A stretch of DNA of 64,000 bases from Diplonema japonicum. Taxonomy: Eukaryota > Protista > Euglenozoa: Diplonemea. Shown here one piece after another: positions 41,601-51,000 of the stretch. The stretch covers positions 496,001 to 560,000 of the forward strand of contig OZ025675.1 of assembly GCA_964019335.1 (NCBI GenBank). Direction: 5' to 3'. Within the stretch, counting starts at the first letter, position 1, and each line of letters opens with the position of its first letter. The position numbers and the translations under genes were made by a program. The notes under the pieces were generated by a model. The model did no database searches. It was not told where the DNA came from and saw only the letters and a list, made by a program, of their open reading frames with translations.

Positions 41601-44600
41601 GTCACCAGTGGAACTCGGTGAAAGATTCGGGTCACTGCAGTCTTGTCCAGTTCCGCAAGGGTCGGTCGAGCATTCATCCTTCGTGCAGGTGGCCGGACCA
41701 TCAACCTTCTTCACAGACATGTCATTGTCACAGGTGCAGGTGAAGTCGTGGAGCTTGTTGGCCGCAGTGTCAGGGTCATTACAGGTTTGACCAGTCCCAC
41801 AAGGAGCAGGCATTGCAGTGCACTCGTCGTTGGTGCAGGTGGCGGGACCACCAGTAACCCTAATGGTTGTACCAGTACAGGTGCAGGTGTAATCACCAGT
41901 GGAGCTGGGTGAGTTGTTGGGGTCGTTGCAGTCCTGTCCAGTTCCGCAGGGGTTGGTCGAGCACTCATCCTTCGTGCAGGTGGCCGGACCGTCCGTCTTT
42001 ACGACCGACTTGTCGTTGTCACAGGTGCAGGTGAAGTCGTGGAGCTTGTTGGCCGCCGTGTCTGGGTCGTTACAGGTCTGACCAGTCCCACAAGGAGCAG
42101 GCATTGCCATGCACTCGTCGTTTGTGCAGGTGGCGGGACCACCAGTCACCTTAATGGTTGTACCAGTACAGGTGCAGGTGTAGTCACCAGTGGAACTCGG
42201 TGAGTTGTTGGGGTCGTTGCAGTCCTGCCCGGTCCCACAGGGGTTGGTCGAGCACTCATCCTTCGTGCAGGTGGCCGGACCATCCGTCTTCTTCACAGAC
42301 TTGTCATTGTCACAGGTGCAGGTGAAGTCGTGAAGCATGTTGGCCGCAGTGTCAGGGTCATTACAGGTCTGACCAGTCCCACAAGGAGCAGGCATTGCCG
42401 TGCACTCGTCGTTGGTGCAGGTGGCCGGACCACCAGTAACCTTGATGTTTGTCCCGGTGCAAGTGCAGACGTAGTCTCCCGTAGAGCTCGGTGAGGCGTC
42501 AAGATCTTTGCAGTCCTGCCCGTTACCGCAAGGGTTGCTGGTACACTCATCCTTCGTGCAAGTGGCGGGACCATCAACCTTCTTCACAGACATGTCATTG
42601 TCACAGGTGCAGGTGAAGTCGTGGAGCTTGTTGGCCGCTGTGTCAGGATCGCTGCAAGTCTGACCAGTCCCACAGGGAGCTGGTGTGGCTGTGCACTCGT
42701 CGTTTGTGCAGGTGGCGGGACCACCAGTCACCTTGATGGTAGTACCGGTACAAGTGCAGGTGTAGTCACCAGTGGAGCTGGGTGAGTTGTTGGGGTCGTT
42801 GCAGTCCTGCCCGGTACCACAGGGGTTGGTCGAGCACTCATCCTTCGTGCAGGTGGCCGGACCATCCGTCTTCTTCACCGACTTGTCATTGTCACAGGTG
42901 CAGGTGAAGTCGTGGAGCTTGTTGGCCGCTGTGTCAGGGTCGTTACAAGTCTGACCAGTCCCACAAGGAGCAGGCATTGCAGTGCACTCGTCGTTGGTAC
43001 AGGTGGCGGGACCACCAGTAACCTTGATTGTTGTTCCAGTACAGGTGCAGGTGTAGTCACCAGTGGAACTAGGTGCTGTGTCAGGGTCGTTGCAGTCCTG
43101 TCCCGTACCGCAAGGGTTGCTGGTGCACTCGTCCTTCGTGCAGGTAGCCGGGCCGTCCGTCTTCTTCACAGACATGTCGTTGTCACAGGTGCAGGTGAAG
43201 TCGTGGAGCACGTTCGCAGAGGTGTCGGGGTCCTTGCAGGTCTGACCAGTCCCACAAGGCTTCGCATCACACTCATCGGTGGTGCAAGAGGCGGGGCCGC
43301 CGGTGGTCTTGATCGTTGTACCGGTGCAAGTGCAGGTGTAGTCGCTGGTAGAACCAGGGGAGGTGTCAGGGTCCTTGCAGTCCTGTCCAGTACCACAGGG
43401 GTTCGTGGTGCACTCATCCTTCGTGCAGGTGGCCGGACCGTCCGTCTTCACAACACTCATGTCGCTGTCGCAGGTGCAGGTGAAGTCGTGGGACTTGCTG
43501 GCCGCAGTGTCGGGGTCGTTGCAGGTCTGCCCGGTACCGCAAGGAGCAGGGGTCGCTGCGCACTCGTCGATGGTGCAGGTGGGCTGCGAACCGGTCGCCT
43601 TCGTCGCCGTGTCAGAGGTACAGGTGCACACGTAGTCGTTGGAGGCGGTCTGGTCGGGGTCGTTGCAGGTCTGGTCGGAGCCGCACGGGTTGGAAGAGCA
43701 CTCATCGGTCATCGGCGGGCTGTTCTTGCACCCAGTGGCCACAGTGTTGGGCTTCCCGACATTCTTGAAGTACTCCCTTCCAGCACCCTTGCTACCAAAG
43801 TTACCAGCGCTGAAGTAGTTGCACATGAAGTATACCCGTGTCATGGATCCTGCTTTCTTGTGGCACAGGGCGCACCCGATCTCAGAGCTGTCCTTCCATA
43901 CGAGCTGTGTCATGTGCCCCGTGGTGCCTGAATTGGTTGCGGCGTCGTAGTCCCAGCATCCCTCCTCAGTGCAGAACCATCCATTAGCTCCGTGTGCCGT
44001 GTCGTAGTCGTGGACCTCTGTCTGGCCGCCGACTGCTGCAATGTTCTCGCCATAACTCACGCCATTGTTCTTTGGGGGGTTGTTGTGGGTGAGTGAACCC
44101 GACGTGCAGGTAGTGGTGAAGCCTTTGCTGGTGATGGTGTAGGCGGCAATGGTGTCGCTGTAGGTGAGGGGACAGGCCCCGTGCTTGGCGCGAATCTCAT
44201 TGTGCCTGAAGAGCACCTGGTCAATCTGCCACTGCGAGAGCTCCGTGTAGCAAGGGGTCCCCGTCGGAGTACCGCACTTCCCTGACCTTGGGGGTGCGGG
44301 TGTTGCCTTCTCGTCGTAGGTCCCAGGGGCACAGGAGCAAGCCTTGCACCCACCCATGTTCACGAGCTGCGGGCAGTCATAGTTGCCGTTCAGGAGGTCC
44401 TGGCACTTGTAGCCGCTGAACTCGTCTGTGCAGCTGCTGGCTCCCCCTGGCTTCTGGCACCACGCGAGCTTCGAGTCGCAGGCACCGCTTAACATTGCAT
44501 CCCTCGACCCGTCCATCAGGTTGGACACCTCACGGCGTCCTATTGTCAGGTTGTACGGATTTTCAGCTGAGAACACTGCCATGCTGCCAACAAAGGCAGT

Positions 44601-44618
44601 TGCGAGGAACGCTGCCAT
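35682..44618 (-). CDS. Giant type I membrane protein: signal peptide, Cys-rich domain, SCP/PR-1 (CAP superfamily) domain, ~50+ EGF-like modules, TM; copy 1
   Basis: SCP motifs HNEIRAKHG, GENIA, GHMTQLVWKDSSEIGCA and CNYFSAGN. Six-Cys DEC..PC..GQ.C.DP......D(F/Y).C.C modules occur in 291-bp and 288-bp dimer units. TM helix AWIWLLIIAASLAACGGLAFTVW. Probable 51-nt intron at 36585-36635. Confidence 0.9.
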   Translation of the reverse strand: MAAFLATAFVGSMAVFSAENPYNLTIGRREVSNLMDGSRDAMLSGACDSKLAWCQKPGGASSCTDEFSGYKCQDLLNGNYDCPQLVNMGGCKACSCAPGTYDEKATPAPPRSGKCGTPTGTPCYTELSQWQIDQVLFRHNEIRAKHGACPLTYSDTIAAYTITSKGFTTTCTSGSLTHNNPPKNNGVSYGENIAAVGGQTEVHDYDTAHGANGWFCTEEGCWDYDAATNSGTTGHMTQLVWKDSSEIGCALCHKKAGSMTRVYFMCNYFSAGNFGSKGAGREYFKNVGKPNTVATGCKNSPPMTDECSSNPCGSDQTCNDPDQTASNDYVCTCTSDTATKATGSQPTCTIDECAATPAPCGTGQTCNDPDTAASKSHDFTCTCDSDMSVVKTDGPATCTKDECTTNPCGTGQDCKDPDTSPGSTSDYTCTCTGTTIKTTGGPASCTTDECDAKPCGTGQTCKDPDTSANVLHDFTCTCDNDMSVKKTDGPATCTKDECTSNPCGTGQDCNDPDTAPSSTGDYTCTCTGTTIKVTGGPATCTNDECTAMPAPCGTGQTCNDPDTAANKLHDFTCTCDNDKSVKKTDGPATCTKDECSTNPCGTGQDCNDPNNSPSSTGDYTCTCTGTTIKVTGGPATCTNDECTATPAPCGTGQTCSDPDTAANKLHDFTCTCDNDMSVKKVDGPATCTKDECTSNPCGNGQDCKDLDASPSSTGDYVCTCTGTNIKVTGGPATCTNDECTAMPAPCGTGQTCNDPDTAANMLHDFTCTCDNDKSVKKTDGPATCTKDECSTNPCGTGQDCNDPNNSPSSTGDYTCTCTGTTIKVTGGPATCTNDECMAMPAPCGTGQTCNDPDTAANKLHDFTCTCDNDKSVVKTDGPATCTKDECSTNPCGTGQDCNDPNNSPSSTGDYTCTCTGTTIRVTGGPATCTNDECTAMPAPCGTGQTCNDPDTAANKLHDFTCTCDNDMSVKKVDGPATCTKDECSTDPCGTGQDCSDPNLSPSSTGDYTCTCTGTTIKVTGGPATCTNDECTAMPAPCGTGQTCNDPDTAANMLHDFTCTCDNDMSVKKVDGPATCTKDECSTNPCGTGQDCNDPNNSPSSTGDYTCTCTGTTIKVTGGPATCTNDECTAMPAPCGTGQTCSDPDTAANKLHDFVCTCDNDMSVKKTDGPATCTKDECTSNPCGTGQDCKDPNSSPSSTGDYTCTCTGSTIVVTGGPATCTNDECTAMPAPCGTGQTCSDPDTAANKLHDFTCTCDNDMSIVKTDGPATCTKDECTSNPCAAGQTCEDPNKSAAVLKDFVCTCPAPNTMMTNVGGPATCSTGSNDECASTPCPAGQSCTDPDKASAPSMDFVCTCTTGSGTATGTGASCVLDECDANPCGAGQTCSDADTSAAKLMDYVCTCTAPKSGTMTGGAATCILDECTAMPCGTGQTCNDPDTAVSNTNDFTCTCGNGVVATGTSATCEIDECAKTPAPCGTGQTCNDPNKAKNKQHDFTCTCVADNSIVQTDGPARCVKDECDATPCGTGQTCNDPNTGLKNLNDFTCTCTNGVVATGTSATCEIDECAKTPAPCPMGQTCNDPNKAKNKQHDFTCTCDADMTIVQVDGPARCVKDECGATPCGTGQTCNDPDTGLRSMNDYTCTCANGVVATGTSATCEIDECAKTPAPCGTGQTCNDPNKAKNKQHDFTCTCDADTSIVKVDGPARCVKDECDAMPCGMGQTCNDPDVGLKSVNDFTCTCGNGVVATGTSATCEIDECAATPAPCPTGQTCNDPNKAKTSQHDFTCTCDADTTIVKVDGPARCVKDECDAKPCGTGQTCNDPDTGLKSMNDFTCTCTNGVVATGTSATCEIDECAKTPAPCGTGQTCNDPNKAKTSQHDFTCTCDADTTIVKVDGPARCVKDECDATPCGTGQTCNDPDTGLKSMNDFTCTCTNGVVATGTSATCEIDECNVPPAPPVGGSSSSGTKSPCGSGQTCNDPNKAKTSQHDFTCTCDADTTIVKVDGPARCVKDECDSMPCGTGQTCNDPDTLLTKLNDFTCTCTNGVVATGTSATCEIDECAATPNPCPMGQTCNDPNKAKTSQHDFTCTCDADTTIVRTDGPAKCERDECDAKPCGTGQTCNDPNIGLNNMNDYTCTCSNGVVATGTSATCEIDECAKTPAPCGMGQTCNDPNKAKTSQHDFTCTCDADTAIVQLDGPARCEKNECDSDPCGTGQTCNDPNTGLKDLNDYTCTCTNGVVATGTSATCEIDECMRTPAPCGTGQTCNDPNKAKTSQHDFTCTCDEDTTIVQVDGPARCAKDECNAKPCGAEQSCNDPDTAAGSKNDFTCTCIKTLLNVTGQAVPNCGTDECVTNPCGTGQGCEDPNMLVTGDFECSCPFGSEHNKGAPVEKCDECAVGNVGSPCTWVGHPEVTETCSDPNPAADSLNDFVCTCPNGVSMVGGPAECETTGECASKPCGDFQVCSDPDLNKDGDFMCSCSVGEGTMTGGPATCVYDECKAKGQSLSPCPVLTQECSDPNTSPGSTLDFVCSCKDGPNGEKINASKVGGAANCAGDTNAPDTEAPMTMAPADECSTNPCDGQECSDPTGAATTGDFVCTCKSKGTTKTGGPVAGCTDFDECQADPAPCGKNQMCNDPSPVVSSKKDFVCTCNTNNKTMTAAPVSDCPVVCAFKSIIIIITITTPQPATDAPVSPPTTAAPVTHDDECAKHPCNGQECYDPTGMSTEGDFMCTCEESEETKVGAPVASCGVKDECKAGQAVCGDFQDCEDKNTKKNSLHDFVCSCKVGYEGHSTVGRATTCTMKTECSSDPCGGQECTDATGMATLGDYVCSCAGSGKTMKGTKVANCDTLDECLGNPCGDGEKCVEGRKTKNSLKDYTCSCMDGSGVSNRGGPVLLGCDGYALSPLNLQAAGGNDKTPVEESSSSSTPAWIWLLIIAASLAACGGLAFTVWKRHQGDVTMQEFLTGVSEAEPTQMMQGHREHASV
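36585..36635 (-). other. Probable 51-nt in-frame GT-AG intron (also at 48987-49037 and 63812-63862)
   Basis: GTATGTGCTTTCAAAAGTATAATAATAATAATAACAATAACAACACCACAG is an AT-rich island in a GC-rich CDS. It translates as the out-of-character peptide VCAFKSIIIIITITTPQ. Confidence 0.8.
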
Positions 44619-44757
44619 CCTTTTTTTTATACTTTTTTTTTCCTTCTTTTTTTTCTTTTCAGGTGTATTACGCCCTAATGGTGAAATGCGGTGTGACCAT
44701 GAGATGGCAGAAAGTGTGAAGAAATAGACATTGGCCTAGCTCGGTAGTTACTGCAAA

Positions 44758-44826
44758 ACGGATTTTCAGCTGAGAACACTGCCATGCTGCCAACAAAGGC
44801 AGTTGCGAGGAACGCTGCCATCCTTT
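44758..44826 (-). pseudogene. Duplicated first ~21 codons of the SCP-EGF gene, 203 bp upstream of the real start
   Basis: Identical to ~44555-44623. It opens a 48-aa ORF at 44821-44675 (MAAFLATAFVGSMAVFSAENPFCS...). Confidence 0.8.
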
Positions 44827-44897
44827 TCTTCTTCTTTTTTGTTGTTGTTCTTGCTTTTTCGATTAAAACCTATATTCTTATACTTTTTATATAACTC

Positions 44898-45381
44898 GAG
44901 CCGGGTTTTCAAGGGTGGGAGTGAAAATAAGATTTTACTTTATGTCACTCCCAGCTTTATTTTCACTCCCAGTTTACCTTGAGATTAGGCCCAGGAGTGA
45001 AATAATTTTCGAGCGTGAAATAATGTAACATTATTTCACTCCTGGGCCTAATTTCACCTATTCCACCTAGGTTTAGGGCAAGTTACAGCAAGATCAACGC
45101 CATCACCCAACGAAACTTCGGTAAAAAAATGCAGAGATTTCTGAATTTGAAGAAGGCCATGAGGTGAAAAAAAGCTTCGGTTTAGTCAAGAACAAATGAA
45201 AGATGGCAATGAAATGCAGCGACCCCTACAACATAGTGCGTCAGGCATATGCAGCTTGCATGTTTGCAAGCGGGATGAGGACAAAGAGTCGCACAAACTG
45301 AAATTTAGCGACGGTGTAAACCCAAATCCCACTTTTCACTTGTTGTAACCCTGTAACCTCCCACCCTTTCAAACCCGGCTC
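44898..45381. mobile_element. 484-bp non-autonomous TIR element
   Basis: 24-bp TIRs GAGCCGGGTTTTCAAGGGTGGGAG / CTCCCACCCTTTCAAACCCGGCTC with 2 mismatches. Internal IR ATTAGGCCCAGGAGTGAAATAAT / ATTATTTCACTCCTGGGCCTAAT. No clear TSD. Confidence 0.65.
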
Positions 45382-45399
45382 TTGTTAAATAAAACAACG

Positions 45400-45588
45400 T
45401 ATTAGTGAAAATAAGAGCATTATTCCACTTGTGGTGGCAGGTTTAACTCGTAGCTTTTTACTTCACTCGCTGCGCTCGTGAAGTAAACGGGATATTAGTT
45501 CACGAGCGAAGCGAGTCTCGCTTCGCTCGTGAACTAAGAACCCCCTGCCACCACGCGTGAAATAATGCTATCTTATTTTCACTTAATA
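45400..45588. mobile_element. Palindromic non-autonomous element (same family architecture as 26437-26605)
   Basis: ~42-bp imperfect terminal IR. Internal TTTACTTCAC-TC-GCTGCGC-TC-GTGAAGTAAA and a perfect 21-bp-arm palindrome TTAGTTCACGAGCGAAGCGAG-T-CTCGCTTCGCTCGTGAACTAA. Confidence 0.65.
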
Positions 45589-48015
45589 AATAGTTATTAT
45601 TTTTCGTGTTTTCTTGGAGGTGCCGCCCCGTTGTGCGACGAGGGGTAAGAAGCTCAAGAAAGCCGTGTTCGTTACGGAAGAAAGAGTGCCAGATGAAGGA
45701 CAAAGGATGGAAGGAGCAGGTAATGCACAATACATGCTAAAACCGAGCAGGCGCAGCAGCTGGAAGTGCACAAAGCACAGCTAGACGTGAAGGGGATGTC
45801 GTCGGGTCCTACAGAAGGCGGGGGCACAGGAGGCCATGGTGCTGCACAGAGGCGAAGCAGACGACAGCAGCCACCGCAGAAATGGTTGCATACTGCCCTT
45901 TTTTTTGCTTGAGAAATGTCTCCGTTTTATCGTCAGAGACGTCAAAAAAAAGTCTTTTTTCTGAGTTTCCCAAAAAAAAAAAAAAAAGAAAGATTTGACA
46001 TTTTAATCTTGACGCCTACACGGTATACCGATCGTTAAATAGTGCAAAATTGGCCTGTGCACGCAGAGGTCCTCCGTGCCCCCGCAGAGTCGAGATGGGG
46101 CCCAGAAACACGAAATATGACCCTCGGGGACCATGCACGTGAGTTATGTGACAGTCGAAGCCCGCCCCAATTTTGGGTGCGTTATTTTATGTTATTTTAC
46201 GTTATTTTAAATCAGTGAAAAAAACTTGGAGAATGAGAAGACGCTGTTTCAAGAATGGCAACAGGGAGGGATAAGAGAACTTACTTGTGGGTGTTTGGAA
46301 GAGAGAGTCCCTTATCCCATTACAGCGAACAAGGAGGTGGCTTCACCAGGTCTAGCAGGTAGCCTCTCCGCGGCTTTGTGCCAGTGAAGCAAGCCTCCCA
46401 CAACTCTCCAGTTGGTGTTTAATTGCTTCTGTGGACCCTTTAAAAGCTTTCTTCACCTCTCCACTTTAACTTACTACGGGACCACAGGGAACTTGGGTGG
46501 CTTCGGGGCGAAGTTTCACAAGGGGTGGCCGCTATGTCACACGAGATTATGGGCCCTTTTTTTGCGTTATGGGATTTGATACCGGGTATTTTAAAATATC
46601 AATTTGACAACGTTATGCTTGCGTTATTACGTGCAGGCTATGTAAATAAATAATAAAAAAGAAAGAAAATAGGTAAAGTAAGGGAGAAAGGGGGGGAAGA
46701 AATAAGGGAGAAAGTATAACAAAAAGGAGAGGTGTTTTTTTTTTAAAAGGGGTAGAGCTGATCCAGCCGGATCACGTGCTCCCCGCATTTCTGTCCAGAA
46801 GGTGAAGGACTTATATAGAAATGTGGGGAAGGGGGAAGGGGTTAAAATAGGTCGGGGCCTCACAAACAAAGAGAACCGGACACCAACGAATAAAAAACGG
46901 ATAGCCCGGCGGGTGGAGAGAAAACAACGAAACTAAGTGAGTTGGCTTATCTTCCTTACTTTCTTCCCCCTATTTCCTCCTCTATGAGGCCGGTTTTTTT
47001 TTTCTCTTTTTTTTCTTTTTCTTTTTTTTTTTTAAAAAGGATAACAGGACGAAACTCTCTTTGCCTGTTTAGCAAAAAAAAACTCAAAGTGCAGGACAAA
47101 AAAAAAAAGAAAAAAGAAAAACCTTCTTTTTTCCGCAGACACACACAAATACACACGGGAAAAAAAAAAAAGAAAAAAAGAAAAAAAAAAAAGAAAAAAA
47201 AACAAAGAAGAAGAAAAAAAAGAGTGTGCCTTCCTCTTGATTTTTGGCCTTGGTTTAAAGAAAAAGAAACTTATCGCGCATAACAGTAAAGCGGATAACA
47301 AGGCCACTGAGGACCAACTACACCTAATAATAGGTTCTCTTGACACCCTTGTCAAGCTTGTGTAGGGCCCATGCGAAAAATTGACCCTGAAACAAAACAA
47401 AAAAAAGAAACTTTAAAATATGTGAGCTTAAGGAAGTCATTGCTAGACACCCCCTTGTCCTCATTGCAAACCTGCCATACTTTGCAAGATGGCTTCTTCT
47501 TGTCCTTCGAGAACACGTTCTTTTCACGCCTTGTGCATGAACGCGTAGATAGGTCGCGGGGTCCACAACAGGCAGCTTCTCATCCTTAGGATTGGTGCCC
47601 TTGTCTTCGTGCCGTGTTCGCCTCGATCCTCCTCAACAGCTATTGTGCTGCCTGCCTACTAAAAAACAAAAAATTTAAAAAAAAGCACTCTTACTGAAAA
47701 GGGTCTTCTTTCCTTTTTTTTTTTTTTTCTTTCATTCTTTTTTTTTTTTTTTTTTTTCTTCGTCAACAAAAAAGATTTTAAAAAAAAAGAAAACTCAAAG
47801 TACGGGACAAGCCCCATGCAAGAGGGCCCGCCCCAAGGGGGAGGGAAGAAAATAAATATAAGTTGAGATTGTTTCAAAAGGGTGGCCTCTAACTGTAGCG
47901 AAAGCTTCCTTTTTTTCTTCGATACTATTCTTCGCTACCTACGTCTGCCTACTCCCATAGGATGATTCACAAGGATGTTTCATGCATTCAGAATTTCTGT
48001 TCTTTTTTTTGTTTT

Positions 48016-48050
<35 letters not shown>

Positions 48051-48083
48051 GTAGTTCGTTTATTTTATTTTCCACGTTCCCAC

Positions 48084-51000
48084 CTAAACAGATGCGTGCT
48101 CCCTATGGCCTTGCATCATCTGTGTAGGTTCCGCCTCACTGACCCCTGTGAGGAACTCCTGCATGGTCACGTCACCCTGGTGCCTCTTCCACACAGTGAA
48201 GGCCAGGCCACCACAGGCCGCGAGTGAAGCAGCGATGATGAGGAGCCAAATCCATGCGGGGGTGCTTGAGGAGGAGCTTTCTTCAACAGGCGTCTTGTCG
48301 TTCCCGCCAGCTGCCTGCAGGTTCAAGGGGGAGAGGGCGTAGCCATCGCACCCCAGGAGAACGGGGCCTCCCCTGTTGCTCACACCCGACCCGTCCATGC
48401 AGCTGCACGTGTAGTCCTTCAGGCTGTTCTTTGTCTTCCTCCCCTCCACACACTTCTCCCCATCCCCGCACGGGTTCCCCAGGCACTCGTCCAGGGTGTC
48501 GCAGTTCGCCACCTTCGTTCCCTTCATTGTCTTGCCCGAGCCCGCGCAGCTGCACACGTAGTCCCCCAGCGTCGCCATCCCTGTTGCATCCGTGCACTCC
48601 TGGCCTCCACACGGGTCGCTGCTGCACTCCGTCTTCATCGTGCATGTTGTTGCCCGCCCCACTGTGCTGTGGCCCTCGTAGCCCACCTTGCACGAGCACA
48701 CGAAGTCGTGCAGCGAGTTCTTCTTCGTGTTCTTGTCCTCGCAGTCTTGGAAGTCCCCGCACACAGCCTGTCCCGCCTTGCACTCGTCCTTCACACCACA
48801 CGAGGCGACGGGCGCGCCGACCTTCGTCTCTTCCGATTCCTCACAGGTGCACATGAAGTCCCCCTCGGTGCTCATCCCTGTCGGGTCGTAGCACTCCTGC
48901 CCGTTGCATGGGTGCTTTGCGCACTCGTCGTCGTGTGTCACAGGCGCCGCAGTCGTCGGTGGCGACACAGGGGCATCCGTCGCAGGCTGTGGTGTTGTTA
49001 TTGTTATTATTATTATTATACTTTTGAAAGCACATACCACAGGGCAGTCCGACACAGGGGCGGCCGTCATCGTCTTGTTGTTCGTGTTGCAGGTGCACAC
49101 GAAGTCCTTCTTGCTGCTCACCACAGGGGACGGGTCGTTGCACATCTGGTTCTTCCCACAGGGAGCGGGGTCCGCCTGGCACTCGTCGAAGTCCGTGCAG
49201 CCAGCAACAGGGCCACCTGTCTTGGTCGTCCCCTTCGACTTGCAGGTGCACACGAAGTCCCCAGTGGTCGCAGCCCCAGTCGGGTCGCTGCACTCCTGAC
49301 CGTCGCAAGGGTTCGTCGAGCACTCGTCCGCAGGTGCCATCGTCATGGGTGCCTCGGTGTCGGGGGCGTTCGTGTCCCCAGCACAGTTTGCAGCCCCGCC
49401 CACCTTGCTGGCGTTGATCTTCTCGCCGTTCGGGCCGTCTTTGCAGCTGCACACGAAGTCCAGGGTGGAGCCAGGAGAGGTGTTGGGGTCGCTGCACTCC
49501 TGAGTGAGGACAGGGCAGGGTGAGAGGCTCTGGCCCTTCGCCTTGCACTCGTCGTACACACAGGTGGCGGGACCCCCAGTCATCGTCCCTTCCCCAACAC
49601 TGCAGCTGCACATGAAGTCCCCGTCCTTGTTCAAGTCAGGGTCGCTGCAGACCTGGAAGTCCCCGCAAGGCTTGCTCGCGCACTCCCCAGTCGTCTCGCA
49701 CTCCGCAGGTCCCCCCACCATCGACACCCCGTTGGGGCATGTGCACACGAAGTCGTTCAGGCTGTCCGCCGCGGGGTTCGGGTCGCTGCAAGTCTCCGTC
49801 ACCTCGGGGTGTCCCACCCATGTGCAGGGGCTCCCCACGTTCCCGACAGCGCACTCGTCACACTTCTCCACAGGGGCCCCCTTGTTGTGCTCCGATCCGA
49901 AGGGGCAGCTGCACTCGAAGTCTCCAGTCACGAGCATGTTTGGGTCCTCGCAGCCCTGTCCGGTACCGCAAGGGTTTGTCACACACTCGTCTGTCCCGCA
50001 GTTCGGTACTGCCTGGCCAGTCACGTTGAGGAGTGTCTTGATGCAGGTGCAGGTGAAGTCGTTCTTGCTCCCAGCTGCCGTGTCAGGGTCGTTGCAAGAC
50101 TGCTCGGCACCACAGGGTTTCGCATTGCACTCATCCTTCGCACACCTCGCAGGGCCGTCAACCTGAACAATCGTGGTGTCCTCGTCACAGGTGCAGGTGA
50201 AGTCGTGCTGGCTGGTCTTCGCCTTGTTGGGGTCGTTGCAGGTCTGACCAGTCCCACAAGGAGCAGGTGTCCTCATACATTCGTCGATCTCACAGGTGGC
50301 CGAGGTACCAGTAGCAACAACACCGTTGGTACAGGTGCAGGTGTAGTCGTTCAGGTCCTTGAGGCCGGTGTTGGGGTCGTTGCAGGTCTGACCAGTCCCA
50401 CAAGGGTCTGAATCGCACTCGTTCTTCTCACACCTTGCAGGGCCGTCCAGTTGGACGATGGCGGTGTCTGCATCACAGGTGCAGGTGAAGTCGTGTTGGC
50501 TTGTCTTCGCCTTGTTGGGGTCGTTGCAGGTCTGACCCATCCCACAAGGAGCAGGGGTCTTCGCGCACTCGTCGATCTCACAGGTGGCCGAGGTACCGGT
50601 CGCAACAACACCGTTGCTGCAGGTGCAGGTGTAGTCGTTCATGTTGTTCAGCCCGATGTTCGGGTCGTTGCAAGTCTGCCCGGTACCACAAGGCTTCGCA
50701 TCGCACTCGTCTCTCTCGCACTTCGCAGGGCCGTCCGTGCGAACGATGGTGGTGTCAGCATCACAGGTGCAGGTGAAGTCGTGCTGGCTCGTCTTCGCCT
50801 TGTTGGGGTCGTTGCAAGTCTGACCCATGGGACAAGGGTTGGGAGTTGCCGCACACTCATCGATCTCACAGGTGGCCGAGGTACCAGTTGCGACGACGCC
50901 GTTGGTGCAGGTGCAGGTGAAGTCGTTCAGCTTCGTGAGAAGGGTGTCGGGGTCGTTGCAGGTCTGCCCAGTCCCACAAGGCATCGAATCGCACTCGTCC

